64,000 bases of DNA from Spirochaetia bacterium. Its GTDB lineage: Bacteria; Spirochaetota; Spirochaetia; DSM-27196; Salinispiraceae. Below are positions 1-9,541 of this stretch, in pieces. Location: NCBI GenBank assembly GCA_038204425.1, contig JBBRCZ010000004.1, forward strand, positions 96,001 to 160,000. Reading direction: 5' to 3'. A program made the translations under genes and the position numbers. A model generated the notes under the pieces. The model ran no database searches. It was not told the DNA's origin and was given only the letters and a program-made list of their open reading frames with translations. The first letter of the stretch is position 1; every line of letters begins with the position of its first letter.

Positions 1-545
1 TTTTCGATCGCCAAACCAATTGCTGTCCGACCGCCCGGTTCAAGATTTTTTGGGTTAGAAACTGCCCGTCTAAGCGCCGAGAAACCTTTGCCCCTGATGG
101 ATGCCAAGGCACTGATAATGCGTACTTCACTGTCAAATCCAATTACCGCTACGTTAAGTTTAAACTCTTTGAAATCCTTGTCTCTGGAGAGTGTTTCCAA
201 AAAGTCTACAATTTGCGTCAAGGCACGTGAAGCAACGATATACTTGGCTAGGGCTCCCCCAGAAGCAGGAACATCGATCATTGAACCACTAACGTCAATA
301 GCAATCACGACGGATAGACCAAGGTCGTCTATCGAATTAAGCCCAGGGTTAAATGATTCGTCAAATTCAAGAATGTAGCCTTTGCCTTTGAACGGTCTAG
401 TGTCCTCTACAATCGTGCTGGTAGTCGTTGTGACTTTAGTACTGTCACGCTCAGAACTTGGGTCAAACCAAAAATTATATAAACCAAGACCAATGATGAC
501 TACAAAGGCGGCTATCACCAAGCGACTGTTCTTCTTACCTGCCAT
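1..545 (-). CDS. Membrane-anchored von Willebrand factor A (vWA) domain protein, partial (runs off window start)
   Basis: Not in ORF track. Manual translation from ATG 545 (SD AGGAG/AAGGA upstream): MAGKKNSRLVIAAFVVIIGLGLYNFWF...SVVIAIDVSGSM...VAVIGFDSEV...EPGGRTAIGLAIE. Shows an N-terminal TM helix, MIDAS DxSxS and the GxT motif. Confidence 0.85.
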   Translation of the reverse strand, partial: MAGKKNSRLVIAAFVVIIGLGLYNFWFDPSSERDSTKVTTTTSTIVEDTRPFKGKGYILEFDESFNPGLNSIDDLGLSVVIAIDVSGSMIDVPASGGALAKYIVASRALTQIVDFLETLSRDKDFKEFKLNVAVIGFDSEVRIISALASIRGKGFSALRRAVSNPKNLEPGGRTAIGLAIE

Positions 546-634
546 AATCCTTCTTCTCCTTCTGACCAAAACAAAACCCGCCAATTAAGAGGTTCTTGCA
601 AAAAGACTATTGAAATTGAGTCCTTAGAATAAAT

Positions 635-2299
635 CTATTCAAAGGACAGAAATCGTACCTCTACGCGGCGGCTGCGGGCTGCATCACCGCTGGAGGCTGG
701 TTGATCCCAGCCTTTTCCCTCAGTAATCAATCGTTCTGGGTCAGCGCCATACTGTTCAACGAGAACCTTCTTTACAAACTCGGCCCGACGTTTTGATATC
801 AGCTTGGCTTGAGAACTTGCCTCATTAAAAGCTTGCATGCCTTGCGAGCGAAACTCTTCAACTTTAGATGTGTCCAAGTGACCAACCAATTTGACCAAAG
901 TAGTTCCAAGAATTTGCATTTGCTCAATAATACTCGCTAGCAGCTCTTTGTTCTTCACCATCTCTGGTCTCTTGGAACTCAAGTCAAAATCAATCTTTTG
1001 AGCATCAAAATAAAGTTCAAAGTCGCCGGTAAGCACTACCCTTTGGCTTTCCAAGTCGGCTATGTCAAAAGCAGCCTGTTTATTAAAACTATTGAGAACT
1101 CTATTGGGTTGTGCCTTATAAACCTTGTTGCTTTCTAGTTGCTCAAGAAACTTTGTCAGCAGGACTGACTCTGGTTCGTACGAGGCATCCGCAGCAAGGG
1201 AACCTACGGCCTTATAATACTCCTGCGCCAGATAAAAAATCTTGGACGCATTGATAGGGTTCTCTATATCAAAGAACATGCGACTTTCAGTGTAGTTAGG
1301 AAGATGTACATTTGAGACCAAGGACCGTGCTTCGGCGATACCGGAGAGACCAAAAAACGAGTTAACCAATCGAAGAGCTGGTTCGGGATTTTTTGTGAAC
1401 TGGCTCTCCGCCTCTATCATACACTCCACAAAACTGGCTAAAAGCGGTCCTTGTTCGCGCGCTAAATCAAGTCGGGTAAAGTAAACATCGGCAATCAACT
1501 GGTTTGCATCCCGGCTATTAATCAATACGCGACTTCCTTCTTGATAATAAGGTGAAGCAGGATTGAGCACATCGGCCAGAAATGGTTCCCAGGTAACCCA
1601 GGCATCGATAGTCTTATCATCTCTAAATACCTCGGCTGCGGCTGGACCATCACCAACATACATCATCTGCACTTCTGAGGTCTTGATATCACTTTGCGCA
1701 AGCAACCACAATAAAAAGAAATTAAAGGGCGTATTGCCACTAGTAAGAATCTTTTTGCCCTTTAGATCCTTGGGGGACCTTATATTCTTGCGAACCAAAA
1801 TGCCATCGCCACCATTGGACCAATCAAAGAGACCAATAACTTGAGGAATCAAACGCTTGTCGGCCTTGAGAGCGTCGTAGAGCAAGGGCATGCTGTCCAT
1901 TGAAGACCACAATAGGTGGTATTTGCCGGCCGCGTAACCATCCAATTGAGCTTTTGCACCTTCTACTTTTACAAGCTCAACAGCAAATTTACCTTTTTTG
2001 TAGAACAAGGAGTCTTTGTTTGGCTTTGCGCCACCATTAGCAAGAAGCAAGGCCGCATATCCGCCCCATGTATCAAGTGGAATTCTAAAAACAGGAACAG
2101 GACCACTTCCAAAATCAGTACTACCCAGAACATAGCCACTCGCGGGCCCAACCGTTAAGGGAACAGGCTTTACAGCTTCCGCAGTTACCCCGGGCGTCTT
2201 AGTGGTCTGCTCGGCCTTGTCTGACATAAATCTAAACAGCAAGCCACCGCCTACTATAAGTAGCAATATTACAATACCGATAACGATTGATTTTTTCAT
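635..2299 (-). CDS. ABC-type (NMT1/SsuA-like) substrate-binding domain fused to a C-terminal OmpA-like peptidoglycan-binding domain
   Basis: N-terminal TM. SBP motifs DTWGGY, DWSNGGDGILV, DLKGKKI, DAWVTWEP. OmpA_C motifs VGHLD, ISKRRAEFV, EGKGWDQP, SRRVEV. Start moved to ATG 2299 because a promoter lies at 2318-2346. Confidence 0.8.
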   Translation of the reverse strand: MKKSIVIGIVILLLIVGGGLLFRFMSDKAEQTTKTPGVTAEAVKPVPLTVGPASGYVLGSTDFGSGPVPVFRIPLDTWGGYAALLLANGGAKPNKDSLFYKKGKFAVELVKVEGAKAQLDGYAAGKYHLLWSSMDSMPLLYDALKADKRLIPQVIGLFDWSNGGDGILVRKNIRSPKDLKGKKILTSGNTPFNFFLLWLLAQSDIKTSEVQMMYVGDGPAAAEVFRDDKTIDAWVTWEPFLADVLNPASPYYQEGSRVLINSRDANQLIADVYFTRLDLAREQGPLLASFVECMIEAESQFTKNPEPALRLVNSFFGLSGIAEARSLVSNVHLPNYTESRMFFDIENPINASKIFYLAQEYYKAVGSLAADASYEPESVLLTKFLEQLESNKVYKAQPNRVLNSFNKQAAFDIADLESQRVVLTGDFELYFDAQKIDFDLSSKRPEMVKNKELLASIIEQMQILGTTLVKLVGHLDTSKVEEFRSQGMQAFNEASSQAKLISKRRAEFVKKVLVEQYGADPERLITEGKGWDQPASSGDAARSRRVEVRFLSFE

Positions 2300-2317
2300 G
2301 TTCCCTACCCCAACCTT

Positions 2318-2346
2318 TTTATAGGCCCAAGTCATTCTTCCGTCAA
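2318..2346 (-). promoter_or_regulatory. sigma70-like promoter of the SBP-OmpA/vWA unit
   Basis: TTGACG-N17-TATAAA on the minus strand. Confidence 0.6.
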
Positions 2347-2372
2347 GTACGTGCCCTTAGGATTGGACTAAT

Positions 2373-2403
2373 AAAAAAAGCTGCCTGAACAATCAGACAG
2401 CTT
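2373..2403 (-). terminator. Rho-independent terminator after rplM-rpsI-tRNA-Leu
   Basis: Minus strand GCTGTCTGA-TTGT-TCAGGCAGC followed by T7. Confidence 0.8.
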
Positions 2404-2405
2404 CT

Positions 2406-2489
2406 TGCCGGCGGTGAGACTCGAACTCACACACTATTACTAGCGACAGATTTTGAGTCTGTTGCGTCTACCAATTTCGCCACGCCGGC
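2406..2489 (-). tRNA. tRNA-Leu (CAA)
   Basis: GCCGGCGTGGCGAAATTGGTAGACGCAACAGACTCAAAATCTGTCGCT...GAGTTCGAGTCTCACCGCCGGCA. Anticodon arm ACAGA-CTCAAAA-TCTGT, long variable arm, CCA not encoded. Confidence 0.95.
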
Positions 2490-2538
2490 ATAAACAGTGC
2501 TAAGCTAAGCTTGGCACTGTAAAAAATCCATATAAATC

Positions 2539-2931
2539 TTAGCGCTTGGAGAACTGGAACTTCCTGCGTGCACCAGGCTGTCCGTATTTCTTGCGTTCCA
2601 CCATGCGTGGGTCTCGAGTCATAAAACCATTGGCGCGCAATACTTTGGCGTTGGTTTCATCGAGCGCAGCAAGCGCACGAGAAATGCCGTGTCTAATTGC
2701 TTGGCATTGACCGTTCTTGCCGCCACCATAGACGTTGATTACTATATCGTATTTTCCGAGGCTATCAGTAACATCAAGCGCTTGGTTAACAATAAACATC
2801 ATGTCTTTATTCATAAAATAATCTTCTGCAGACTTCTCATTGACAGTTATACTGCCTTTTCCTTGACGCATATAAACACGTGCAACTGAGGTCTTTCTTC
2901 TTCCGGTTCCTAAACTTAAATTCTTAAGCAC
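2539..2931 (-). CDS. rpsI: 30S ribosomal protein S9
   Basis: GTGRRKTSVARV, GGGKNGQ, TRDPRMVERKKYG, QFSKR. Confidence 0.98.
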   Translation of the reverse strand: MLKNLSLGTGRRKTSVARVYMRQGKGSITVNEKSAEDYFMNKDMMFIVNQALDVTDSLGKYDIVINVYGGGKNGQCQAIRHGISRALAALDETNAKVLRANGFMTRDPRMVERKKYGQPGARRKFQFSKR

Positions 2932-2950
2932 TTCCTATGTCTCCTGTAAC

Positions 2951-3385
2951 TCAAAGCTCAAGCGGAATTGGTTGCTGGGCCACGTGTGGGTGGTCAGTTC
3001 CAGCATACACTTTCATGTTGGTAAAAAGCTTACGGCCCAATCGCGTCTTGGGAAGCATGCCCTTTATTGCCTGCTCAAGTGGATATGCAGGACGACGATC
3101 CAACATCTTTTTAAGTGTAAAACTGCGCAAACCACCTGGATAGCGGCTGTGATAGTAATACAATTTGTCATCCATTTTTCTTCCACTCACCGAGAACTTC
3201 TCTGCGTTGATTACGATTACGTAATCACCACATTCCTGATGAGGCGCATAAAAAGGCTTATGCTTTCCACGAAGAATATTGGCTACCTTAACGGCAATGT
3301 GTCCAAGATTCTTTCCCTCGGCATCAATAATGTACCATTTTCGATCGAGTTGATCGTTCTTCAAAAATATAGTCTTCATATTCAT
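2951..3385 (-). CDS. rplM: 50S ribosomal protein L13
   Basis: WYIIDAEG, LRGKHKP, GDYVIVINAEK, HSRYPGGL, GMLPK, HPHVAQQP. Confidence 0.98.
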   Translation of the reverse strand: MNMKTIFLKNDQLDRKWYIIDAEGKNLGHIAVKVANILRGKHKPFYAPHQECGDYVIVINAEKFSVSGRKMDDKLYYYHSRYPGGLRSFTLKKMLDRRPAYPLEQAIKGMLPKTRLGRKLFTNMKVYAGTDHPHVAQQPIPLEL

Positions 3386-3519
3386 CTACCCTTCTCTACC
3401 TGCAAGGAGATCAAGCATTTTCATCTGGTTTTGACACCGGGCCTTTGTTTGTACGGGTTAGGAAAAGGACCAGTGTCGCTCAAGATATCTGCAACGTGAG
3501 CATTACGTCGCTAAGATCT

Positions 3520-3768
3520 TTATTTGGTTTCTGCTTGCTTATCTGCCTGTTTTGCTTCTTCTGTTTCTTCTTTCTTGGCTTCAATGCGGTCTTTTATATC
3601 GGCAATTCCGATAAAAATCGCAATAAGGCCAACAAACCCTGCCAAGACGGGTGCGCCACCTTTCAAAAACTCAAGAACCGACTGTCCCCATTGCAACAAT
3701 CCCGGTACCGGAATAACCGCAATTACGGCAAAAGCAATGAAAATCAATCCAACTATCAGAGCAACCAT
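3520..3768 (-). CDS. Small two-TM membrane protein with charged C-tail
   Basis: SD GGAGG 5 nt before ATG 3768; two hydrophobic segments; upstream TTGTCA-N17-TACTAT. Confidence 0.75.
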   Translation of the reverse strand: MVALIVGLIFIAFAVIAVIPVPGLLQWGQSVLEFLKGGAPVLAGFVGLIAIFIGIADIKDRIEAKKEETEEAKQADKQAETK

Positions 3769-3845
3769 CGCATCCTCCAAGTGAGGGGTGCATAGTATCA
3801 TGCTTTTTTTTGTGTGACAACTATCTTGGCCAAGACTAAGGAAAA

Positions 3846-4136
3846 CTAATCTCGTCTCTTTATCATTACTAGACTAGCAATTATGTAAAAGACCAAGGGA
3901 ACATTGGTTAAGATCGCCCTTAGTAGCTCCGCAGCAACAGGATCATCTAGTTGGACGCGAGCGATGCCAAACACTTCAAGTGCCTGAAAGACCAAGGCTC
4001 CGTAGTGTATGATGATGCCGATAATGACCAACATCCAGGCGATATCTCTGGTTCTTGGCCACAACATAATAGCAAAGAATGTGGCGAGCGCTCCTGTTGA
4101 CAAGCTAATGGTCATCGCAACAATACCTTCAGGCAT
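3846..4136 (-). CDS. Three-TM hypothetical membrane protein
   Basis: SD GAGGAG before ATG 4136 (MPEGIV); overlaps upstream stop; hydrophobic helices. Confidence 0.7.
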   Translation of the reverse strand: MPEGIVAMTISLSTGALATFFAIMLWPRTRDIAWMLVIIGIIIHYGALVFQALEVFGIARVQLDDPVAAELLRAILTNVPLVFYIIASLVMIKRRD

Positions 4137-5070
4137 CGATTGTCTCCTCGTTTTTTTGGGCAAGAACCTTTTCTAGCAGTGCTTTTTCTCCGTGACTCAT
4201 TATGCCTGGCAGTATCGACAGGCCCCGACAAGTAGGGTTCAACAAAATGCCGTGACTCAGCGCACGACTGAACACCTTTTTATAGTCGACATTTTTATAA
4301 CTATGCATGAGGTAGGGCCCAAGACGATGCCAAGGCTCTTCAAGCTTTAACTGCGACCAGTCTGACTCTTGCCACGAGCCAACTCGGCGTCTGAGACTGC
4401 TTTGATAACGGACTTCTGCTGGGCTTGGTTCTTTAGCTTCTTTGACAACAAATGCATTAAGTGACTTTAGTGCAAGAAAACTCTTTAAGGCTATCCCGAG
4501 GGTAAAGAAAGGCACCAAGCGCGCCTCATGTTGGATGAGACTGTCAAAACTGATCTTTTTGTTACCAAGCAAGGCAAGACATCGTTTGCCTTCTTTATTT
4601 AGCAAGAGAAAAAATGGTCCTTGGACGCTTAACCCCGGCAAACAGAGTATCTTGTCCGTGGCTGCCAAATGGTTGGACAAAAATGGCAGACAAACCTCGA
4701 GTTCAGCATCGCTCGACTTGGCAAGGAATGTTTCAATAAAATGACTTAAGCGGTATCTATCGACAAACATCAAAACTCTATAGTCACTAAACTGTTTTGC
4801 AAGTGACGTCAGCATTTGCTGATGCAAGACATGTGGCAAATTATTCACAAAGCCATGGGCGAGACGATTGGCAACCGATTCTTTGGACCCTGGTAGCGAA
4901 TATCCCAAAAGCTGCCTGCCATCGCCGCGGTAGAGATCAAGGATTCGTTTGGCTTTTACATCGTAAAGATGATAGTCACGCGCTCGTCTAATGAAGGGGA
5001 TCGTCGCAAAATTTTCTAGATCGTCAAGACTATAGTCAGGCAAGACCTGATAGACATGGATTTTTTTCAT
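4129..5070 (-). CDS. Hypothetical protein, degenerate class-III aminotransferase-like
   Basis: N-terminal RRARDYHLYDVKAKRILDL...G..LLGY resembles the class III RAxGxxLxDxxGxxYLD motif; coupled to the helicase by ATGA overlap. Confidence 0.5.
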   Translation of the reverse strand: MKKIHVYQVLPDYSLDDLENFATIPFIRRARDYHLYDVKAKRILDLYRGDGRQLLGYSLPGSKESVANRLAHGFVNNLPHVLHQQMLTSLAKQFSDYRVLMFVDRYRLSHFIETFLAKSSDAELEVCLPFLSNHLAATDKILCLPGLSVQGPFFLLLNKEGKRCLALLGNKKISFDSLIQHEARLVPFFTLGIALKSFLALKSLNAFVVKEAKEPSPAEVRYQSSLRRRVGSWQESDWSQLKLEEPWHRLGPYLMHSYKNVDYKKVFSRALSHGILLNPTCRGLSILPGIMSHGEKALLEKVLAQKNEETIDA

Positions 5071-7235
5071 CTAGATAGACGCTCCAAAGAAGAATATTTG
5101 GGAACAAACTGCGCACTGCGACCCGACTCAAATTGCACCTGTACCAACTCTTGATTGTTTGCAAACCAAGACTTGCTTACATGACCGCTGCCGTAGTCGT
5201 CATGATAGACCGCGGTACCTTTGGGCCACAGGGGCATGGGTCCCAGGCCTTGACTTGGCCCATAGGCAAACCTCTGAGAACCTATACCGACTCGCTTGAT
5301 CTCAAGCAAACCTTCTGGAATTTCGGCCAAAAACTGTGACGGCCTCAGATCCATAGTCCGCCCATAAACGCGCCTCGTTGCACATGAAGTCAGAACCAGT
5401 TCGTCGCGAGCCCGCGTAAGTGCCACATAAAAAAGCCGACGTTCTTCCTCCAGCTCATCTTCATCGTCAGCTTCTCTTGGAAATAGCCCATGCTCTAAGC
5501 CAGTAATATAGACTCGATCAAACTCAAGCCCCTTGGTATTGTGCATAGTTATGAGAGTTACTTTGGGCTTGTCGTCGCCTGTATCGTTCTCACGAGCACT
5601 ATCAAGTTCTACAGCCTCCAGAAAGGCAACCAGCCCGTCTAAGTCTGCGCTAAACAGACCAGCAGCATTGGCAAGCTCACCGAGATTTTGCAGCTTTTGG
5701 CTTCCTGCAATACGATCTTCTTCTTCGTAGTGGCCCTTCAGGCCACTTTTCTCCATTACAAAGTAGATTGCCTCGCCCAAACTTTGAAATGAACGACTCG
5801 GCTCAATACCTGGCAGAAAATCGTCCAAGCCGGTGCTTTGGGCATAAAACATGGCGCGAGCCTGGCTCATAGTGCTCAAAAACATCTCTAGTCCCTTGGC
5901 GGCCTTCTTGCTAAGTAGAGGCAAAGCACGCACAGCACCCTTTAATACGTCGCCAGCTTCGTAGCTGCGCTGTTCTAGGATCTTCTCAAGCGAGGCCGCG
6001 CCGATGCCCCTGCTGGGTTTGTTGATAACGCGACGCAGCGCAAGTTCGTCATGAGGATTGGCCAGCAAACGCAAAAGAGCAAGTGCGTCTTTAACTTCTT
6101 CTCGTTCATAAAATCTTAAAGTACCGATGATGCGGTAGGCGATACCAGCATGCAAAAGTGCTGTCTCAAACGACCTGCTTTGCGCGTTGGTGCGATACAA
6201 AATCGCTGTGCCCTCAAGCTCCTGCCCAGCGATTCGTTTGACTAGCTGTTCCACTTCAGTATCGGAGTCGGGAAAAAGCAGCAGCTCGGGCTGCTTGCTC
6301 GATAGTCTGCTGGTCCACATGGTTTTACCAAGCCTGCTGGTGTTGTTGGAAACTAAGGCATCAGCAATTTTGAGTATCTGGTCAGTTGAGCGGTAGTTTT
6401 GTTCGAGCCTTACGATGTGCGTGTTAGCAAATCGCTCTGGAAAGTCAAGAATGTTGCGAACCTCAGCTCCCCTAAAGCGATAAATCGACTGGTCATCGTC
6501 CCCAACTACACAAATCACACAGCCAGGTCCTGCCAGTACCTTCAACAGTTCGTATTGCGCAACATTTGAGTCCTGATACTCATCGACAAGAATAACCTTA
6601 AAACGGTCATGCATTCTGTTTCTAAGCACTGAATCGTTGCGCAGGACGGTAAGAGGGCGCAAAATAAGATCGCCAAAGTCGCAGTTCCCTATTTCGTTTA
6701 GACGCGTCTGATAGCGTTGGTAGACCTCCGCCAAGTCGGGCTTGTCCATTACTGGCGTTAAGTCGTCGTCGGGTGATAGACCGTAATCCTTGGCACGACT
6801 TATCATACGCGCATATGATGACAAGATCTGTCGTGTCTGCTGGGGAAAAAGTGTTTGCAAGAGTGCTACCGAATCATCGTCATCGTAGATACAAAAGCTT
6901 GGGCTAAGCCCAGCCAAGGCGGCATTTCTCCTGAGCAGCCACGCTCCAAATGAATGAAAGGTTCTAATCATGACATTGGCGGCTTGTGGCTCCAAACTTA
7001 CTGTTCGTTGACGCATCTCTTCTGCGGCTTTATTGGTAAAGGTAACTGCAAGAATCGACTGCGCATCCATTGCTAACTCGCTAATCAACCAAGCAATCTT
7101 TACGGTTATAACGCGAGTTTTACCGCTACCAGCGCCAGCTAATATCAAGAGTGGCGAGTCATTGTGTAGGACCGCCTCTTTTTGATGCTCATTTAGCCCA
7201 TCGAGCAGCCCATGGTGGGATTTTTTATAGGACAT
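5067..7235 (-). CDS. pcrA: ATP-dependent DNA helicase UvrD/PcrA
   Basis: AGAGSGKT, TFTNKAA, VDEYQD, VGDDDQSIY, LEQNYRS, TMHNTKGLEF, EERRLFYVALTRA. Confidence 0.95.
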   Translation of the reverse strand: MSYKKSHHGLLDGLNEHQKEAVLHNDSPLLILAGAGSGKTRVITVKIAWLISELAMDAQSILAVTFTNKAAEEMRQRTVSLEPQAANVMIRTFHSFGAWLLRRNAALAGLSPSFCIYDDDDSVALLQTLFPQQTRQILSSYARMISRAKDYGLSPDDDLTPVMDKPDLAEVYQRYQTRLNEIGNCDFGDLILRPLTVLRNDSVLRNRMHDRFKVILVDEYQDSNVAQYELLKVLAGPGCVICVVGDDDQSIYRFRGAEVRNILDFPERFANTHIVRLEQNYRSTDQILKIADALVSNNTSRLGKTMWTSRLSSKQPELLLFPDSDTEVEQLVKRIAGQELEGTAILYRTNAQSRSFETALLHAGIAYRIIGTLRFYEREEVKDALALLRLLANPHDELALRRVINKPSRGIGAASLEKILEQRSYEAGDVLKGAVRALPLLSKKAAKGLEMFLSTMSQARAMFYAQSTGLDDFLPGIEPSRSFQSLGEAIYFVMEKSGLKGHYEEEDRIAGSQKLQNLGELANAAGLFSADLDGLVAFLEAVELDSARENDTGDDKPKVTLITMHNTKGLEFDRVYITGLEHGLFPREADDEDELEEERRLFYVALTRARDELVLTSCATRRVYGRTMDLRPSQFLAEIPEGLLEIKRVGIGSQRFAYGPSQGLGPMPLWPKGTAVYHDDYGSGHVSKSWFANNQELVQVQFESGRSAQFVPKYSSLERLSR

Positions 7236-7251
7236 CTAAATCGTGAACCAC

Positions 7252-7599
7252 TTAGCCCGGTGGCCAAGCCAATTGTCGTCCGCCAAGAATATGAGCATGG
7301 AGATAGGCCACCGATTGTTGCCCATCTTTCCCTGTATTAAAGACCACTCTAAATCCGTGCTCGGCCAGACCAAGTGCTTTGGCCGTTTTTGAAACACCCT
7401 GCATAAAACCACTAACAAGGTCACTTGGGGCCGCTGCGATAGCAACAAAGTCTATCAGTTTGGTTTTAGGTATCACCAAAACGTGGACAGGGGCTTGGGG
7501 GTTAATGTCATTAAAGGCAATCACATAATCGTCTTCATAAACTAAAGTGGCAGGAATTTTTTTATTAATGATTTTGTCAAAAATTGTATCATCTGCCAT
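7252..7599 (-). CDS. HIT family nucleotide-binding protein (HinT-like)
   Basis: TIFDKII, DINPQAPVHVLVIPK, QSVAYLHAHILGGR..WPPG (first triad His appears replaced by Tyr). Confidence 0.9.
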   Translation of the reverse strand: MADDTIFDKIINKKIPATLVYEDDYVIAFNDINPQAPVHVLVIPKTKLIDFVAIAAAPSDLVSGFMQGVSKTAKALGLAEHGFRVVFNTGKDGQQSVAYLHAHILGGRQLAWPPG

Positions 7600-7623
7600 A
7601 TATAGACTCCAAGCTTACCCCTT

Positions 7624-8736
7624 TCAATAGAGGGCAGCCAAACTCAATTGGCGCTGACCGTCAATCTCTAGCCAAGCAAGCTGCCAAGTTGCTACCTCAC
7701 CATCAGTGCCAGCTTTAAGCGTGCGACTTCCGATGCGTAAACTCACTCTTCCACCGTTGGAAAACCACAGCCTTATGCGCGAACTTGCCGACAAGGTAAG
7801 TGTTTCTTCAAACTGTGACAATCGCTCTTCGCGTTTTGCCCCGTCGATCTCATACCTAAAGAAGGATTGACCCTCAAAAACTAACGTGACTGCTACTTTG
7901 TCTCCCGAAAACTCAGGAAAGTTTTGGCTTGGTTTGATTCTTGAAGCAATCCGAGTGTTGCCAAGGCTGGCGGGGTCGGAAACTGCAGCAATACTTGCAA
8001 CAGTAAGTTCTGCAGTTCGCGCGCCTCCAGGAGACTGAATAAGCCTATCAAGCGAAACTACCAATTGATTGGGACTAGCCTTGGTATCAAGTGACTGAAC
8101 CATTATCTTTATGTCTGATTTTCCGTCTTGGTTGAGGTCAAGTTGGTTTTCTTGACCAAGAGGCAGCAAGACGTCTTGGGCCAACACTTTTACAAAGGCT
8201 TCATCATTTTTGATCAAGAAGTTAAGGTCAGTATCAATGCCGTTGACAGGCACTCTAATGATGTTTTCTACCGTAAAAGTCCTCACCATAGACGCGGTAT
8301 CCATTCTGATTAACTTATCACTGGCAACAGCAGGTACCTGAACCTGCACCACGTTCTCACTTTCCAGAGGCGTAGAAGCCGCCCTAAATAGAATAATCAA
8401 GAGTACCAATAGAAGTACTCCCGAGGCAGCGGCGATACTCACTTTACTGGTAAATGAAAGGCCGTTTTTGACAATTAGTTCGTTCATGGGGGCTGGCTGT
8501 TCTTGCAACTTCATGTTTCGGTAGAGTTGCACCACCTCATCTGCGTTCATGCCCAAGTATTCAGAGTAGGAACGCAAAAAGCCCAAAACGTAAGAATCTC
8601 CAGGTAGTGAAGAATAGTTTTCGCTCTCAAGTGCTTCTAGAAATCGCTTGGAAATATGGGTGTCCCTGGCCACTTGATCAATGCTGTAGCCTTTTTCTTC
8701 TCTAGTCTTTCTTATTTTGTCACCAATTGATTCCAC
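7624..8736 (-). CDS. rodZ: RodZ-like HTH membrane protein (HTH_25, TM, periplasmic DUF4115-like domain)
   Basis: IGDKIRKTREEKGYSIDQVARDTHISKRFLEALE...YVLGFLRSYSEYLG; single TM. Confidence 0.8.
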   Translation of the reverse strand: MESIGDKIRKTREEKGYSIDQVARDTHISKRFLEALESENYSSLPGDSYVLGFLRSYSEYLGMNADEVVQLYRNMKLQEQPAPMNELIVKNGLSFTSKVSIAAASGVLLLVLLIILFRAASTPLESENVVQVQVPAVASDKLIRMDTASMVRTFTVENIIRVPVNGIDTDLNFLIKNDEAFVKVLAQDVLLPLGQENQLDLNQDGKSDIKIMVQSLDTKASPNQLVVSLDRLIQSPGGARTAELTVASIAAVSDPASLGNTRIASRIKPSQNFPEFSGDKVAVTLVFEGQSFFRYEIDGAKREERLSQFEETLTLSASSRIRLWFSNGGRVSLRIGSRTLKAGTDGEVATWQLAWLEIDGQRQLSLAALY

Positions 8737-8807
8737 AAGTTCATCCTTTAATACACTAATTCTCTGCAGCTTCTGACAAGGGCGTTCAGCAATGATTCGA
8801 TTTTATG

Positions 8808-9491
8808 CTAGTTGGTTCCAAACAAAAAATTGTCGTATTTATTGGCAGTCGGAGGAGAATCAAAGTCAAAACGACTGGAAGCTATGCCAATATTAATCTG
8901 AATATTCGAATAGTCGATACGAACATTCTTTCTATCAGCGGTAATACCATCGATCCGACGAATGAACTTTCCTGAACTAATCGACAGTTCTAGCTGCCGA
9001 AAACCCTGATTGGTATTACGCCAGGTCAATAGCAGCTTAGTTACTTTTTCACCTGTGCCTCTATCTTCATCAATAAACACTGTGCCAGGCCCTGATTTAT
9101 AGGCGATGTTGTATGCCCGTCTCATCAAAGTCAAGCCCTCTTGAGTCGCCATAGAACCGGGTGCGGATTGTGGGGCATCTGCCAACTTTTGCGTCAAAGT
9201 AACGTCGTAGCGCGGGATGTGGACTTGGAGGATATCTCCATCTGATACAATAACTTGTTTTGCAGGCTGACTAAAGTCAATTCTTATTCTGTCAGGGCGT
9301 CGGTAAATGAGTCGGCCAAACATTTTATTGTCGTCAACACTCATCGACACATCCGCTGAGTAGTCTATGATTCCAGCATACCTTTCGGCAACACTTTCAA
9401 AAAAGCTACTAGCGCTAGTAATCTCTTGAGCCTCAAGCCCCAAGACTGCAAGAAAGAAAACACAAAAAAAACTAATAATTAATTTCTGCAC
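8808..9491 (-). CDS. lolA: Outer-membrane lipoprotein carrier LolA family protein
   Basis: Signal peptide; G.LIYRRPDRIRIDFSQP.KQVIVSDG; C-terminal F.FDSP. Confidence 0.8.
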   Translation of the reverse strand: MQKLIISFFCVFFLAVLGLEAQEITSASSFFESVAERYAGIIDYSADVSMSVDDNKMFGRLIYRRPDRIRIDFSQPAKQVIVSDGDILQVHIPRYDVTLTQKLADAPQSAPGSMATQEGLTLMRRAYNIAYKSGPGTVFIDEDRGTGEKVTKLLLTWRNTNQGFRQLELSISSGKFIRRIDGITADRKNVRIDYSNIQINIGIASSRFDFDSPPTANKYDNFLFGTN

Positions 9492-9541
9492 AATAAAGTA
9501 TAATTGACCGAGAGGTATCCTTTGTCAATAAGCCAAGCCTA

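Noticed and set aside
88..588. Plus-strand ORFs 88-378 and 382-588
   Set aside because: Antisense shadows of the minus-strand vWA gene, which has an SD and clear motifs
1..2405. Integrative island at the tRNA-Leu 3' end
   Set aside because: No integrase, att duplication or obvious compositional shift is visible in the window; cannot be supported
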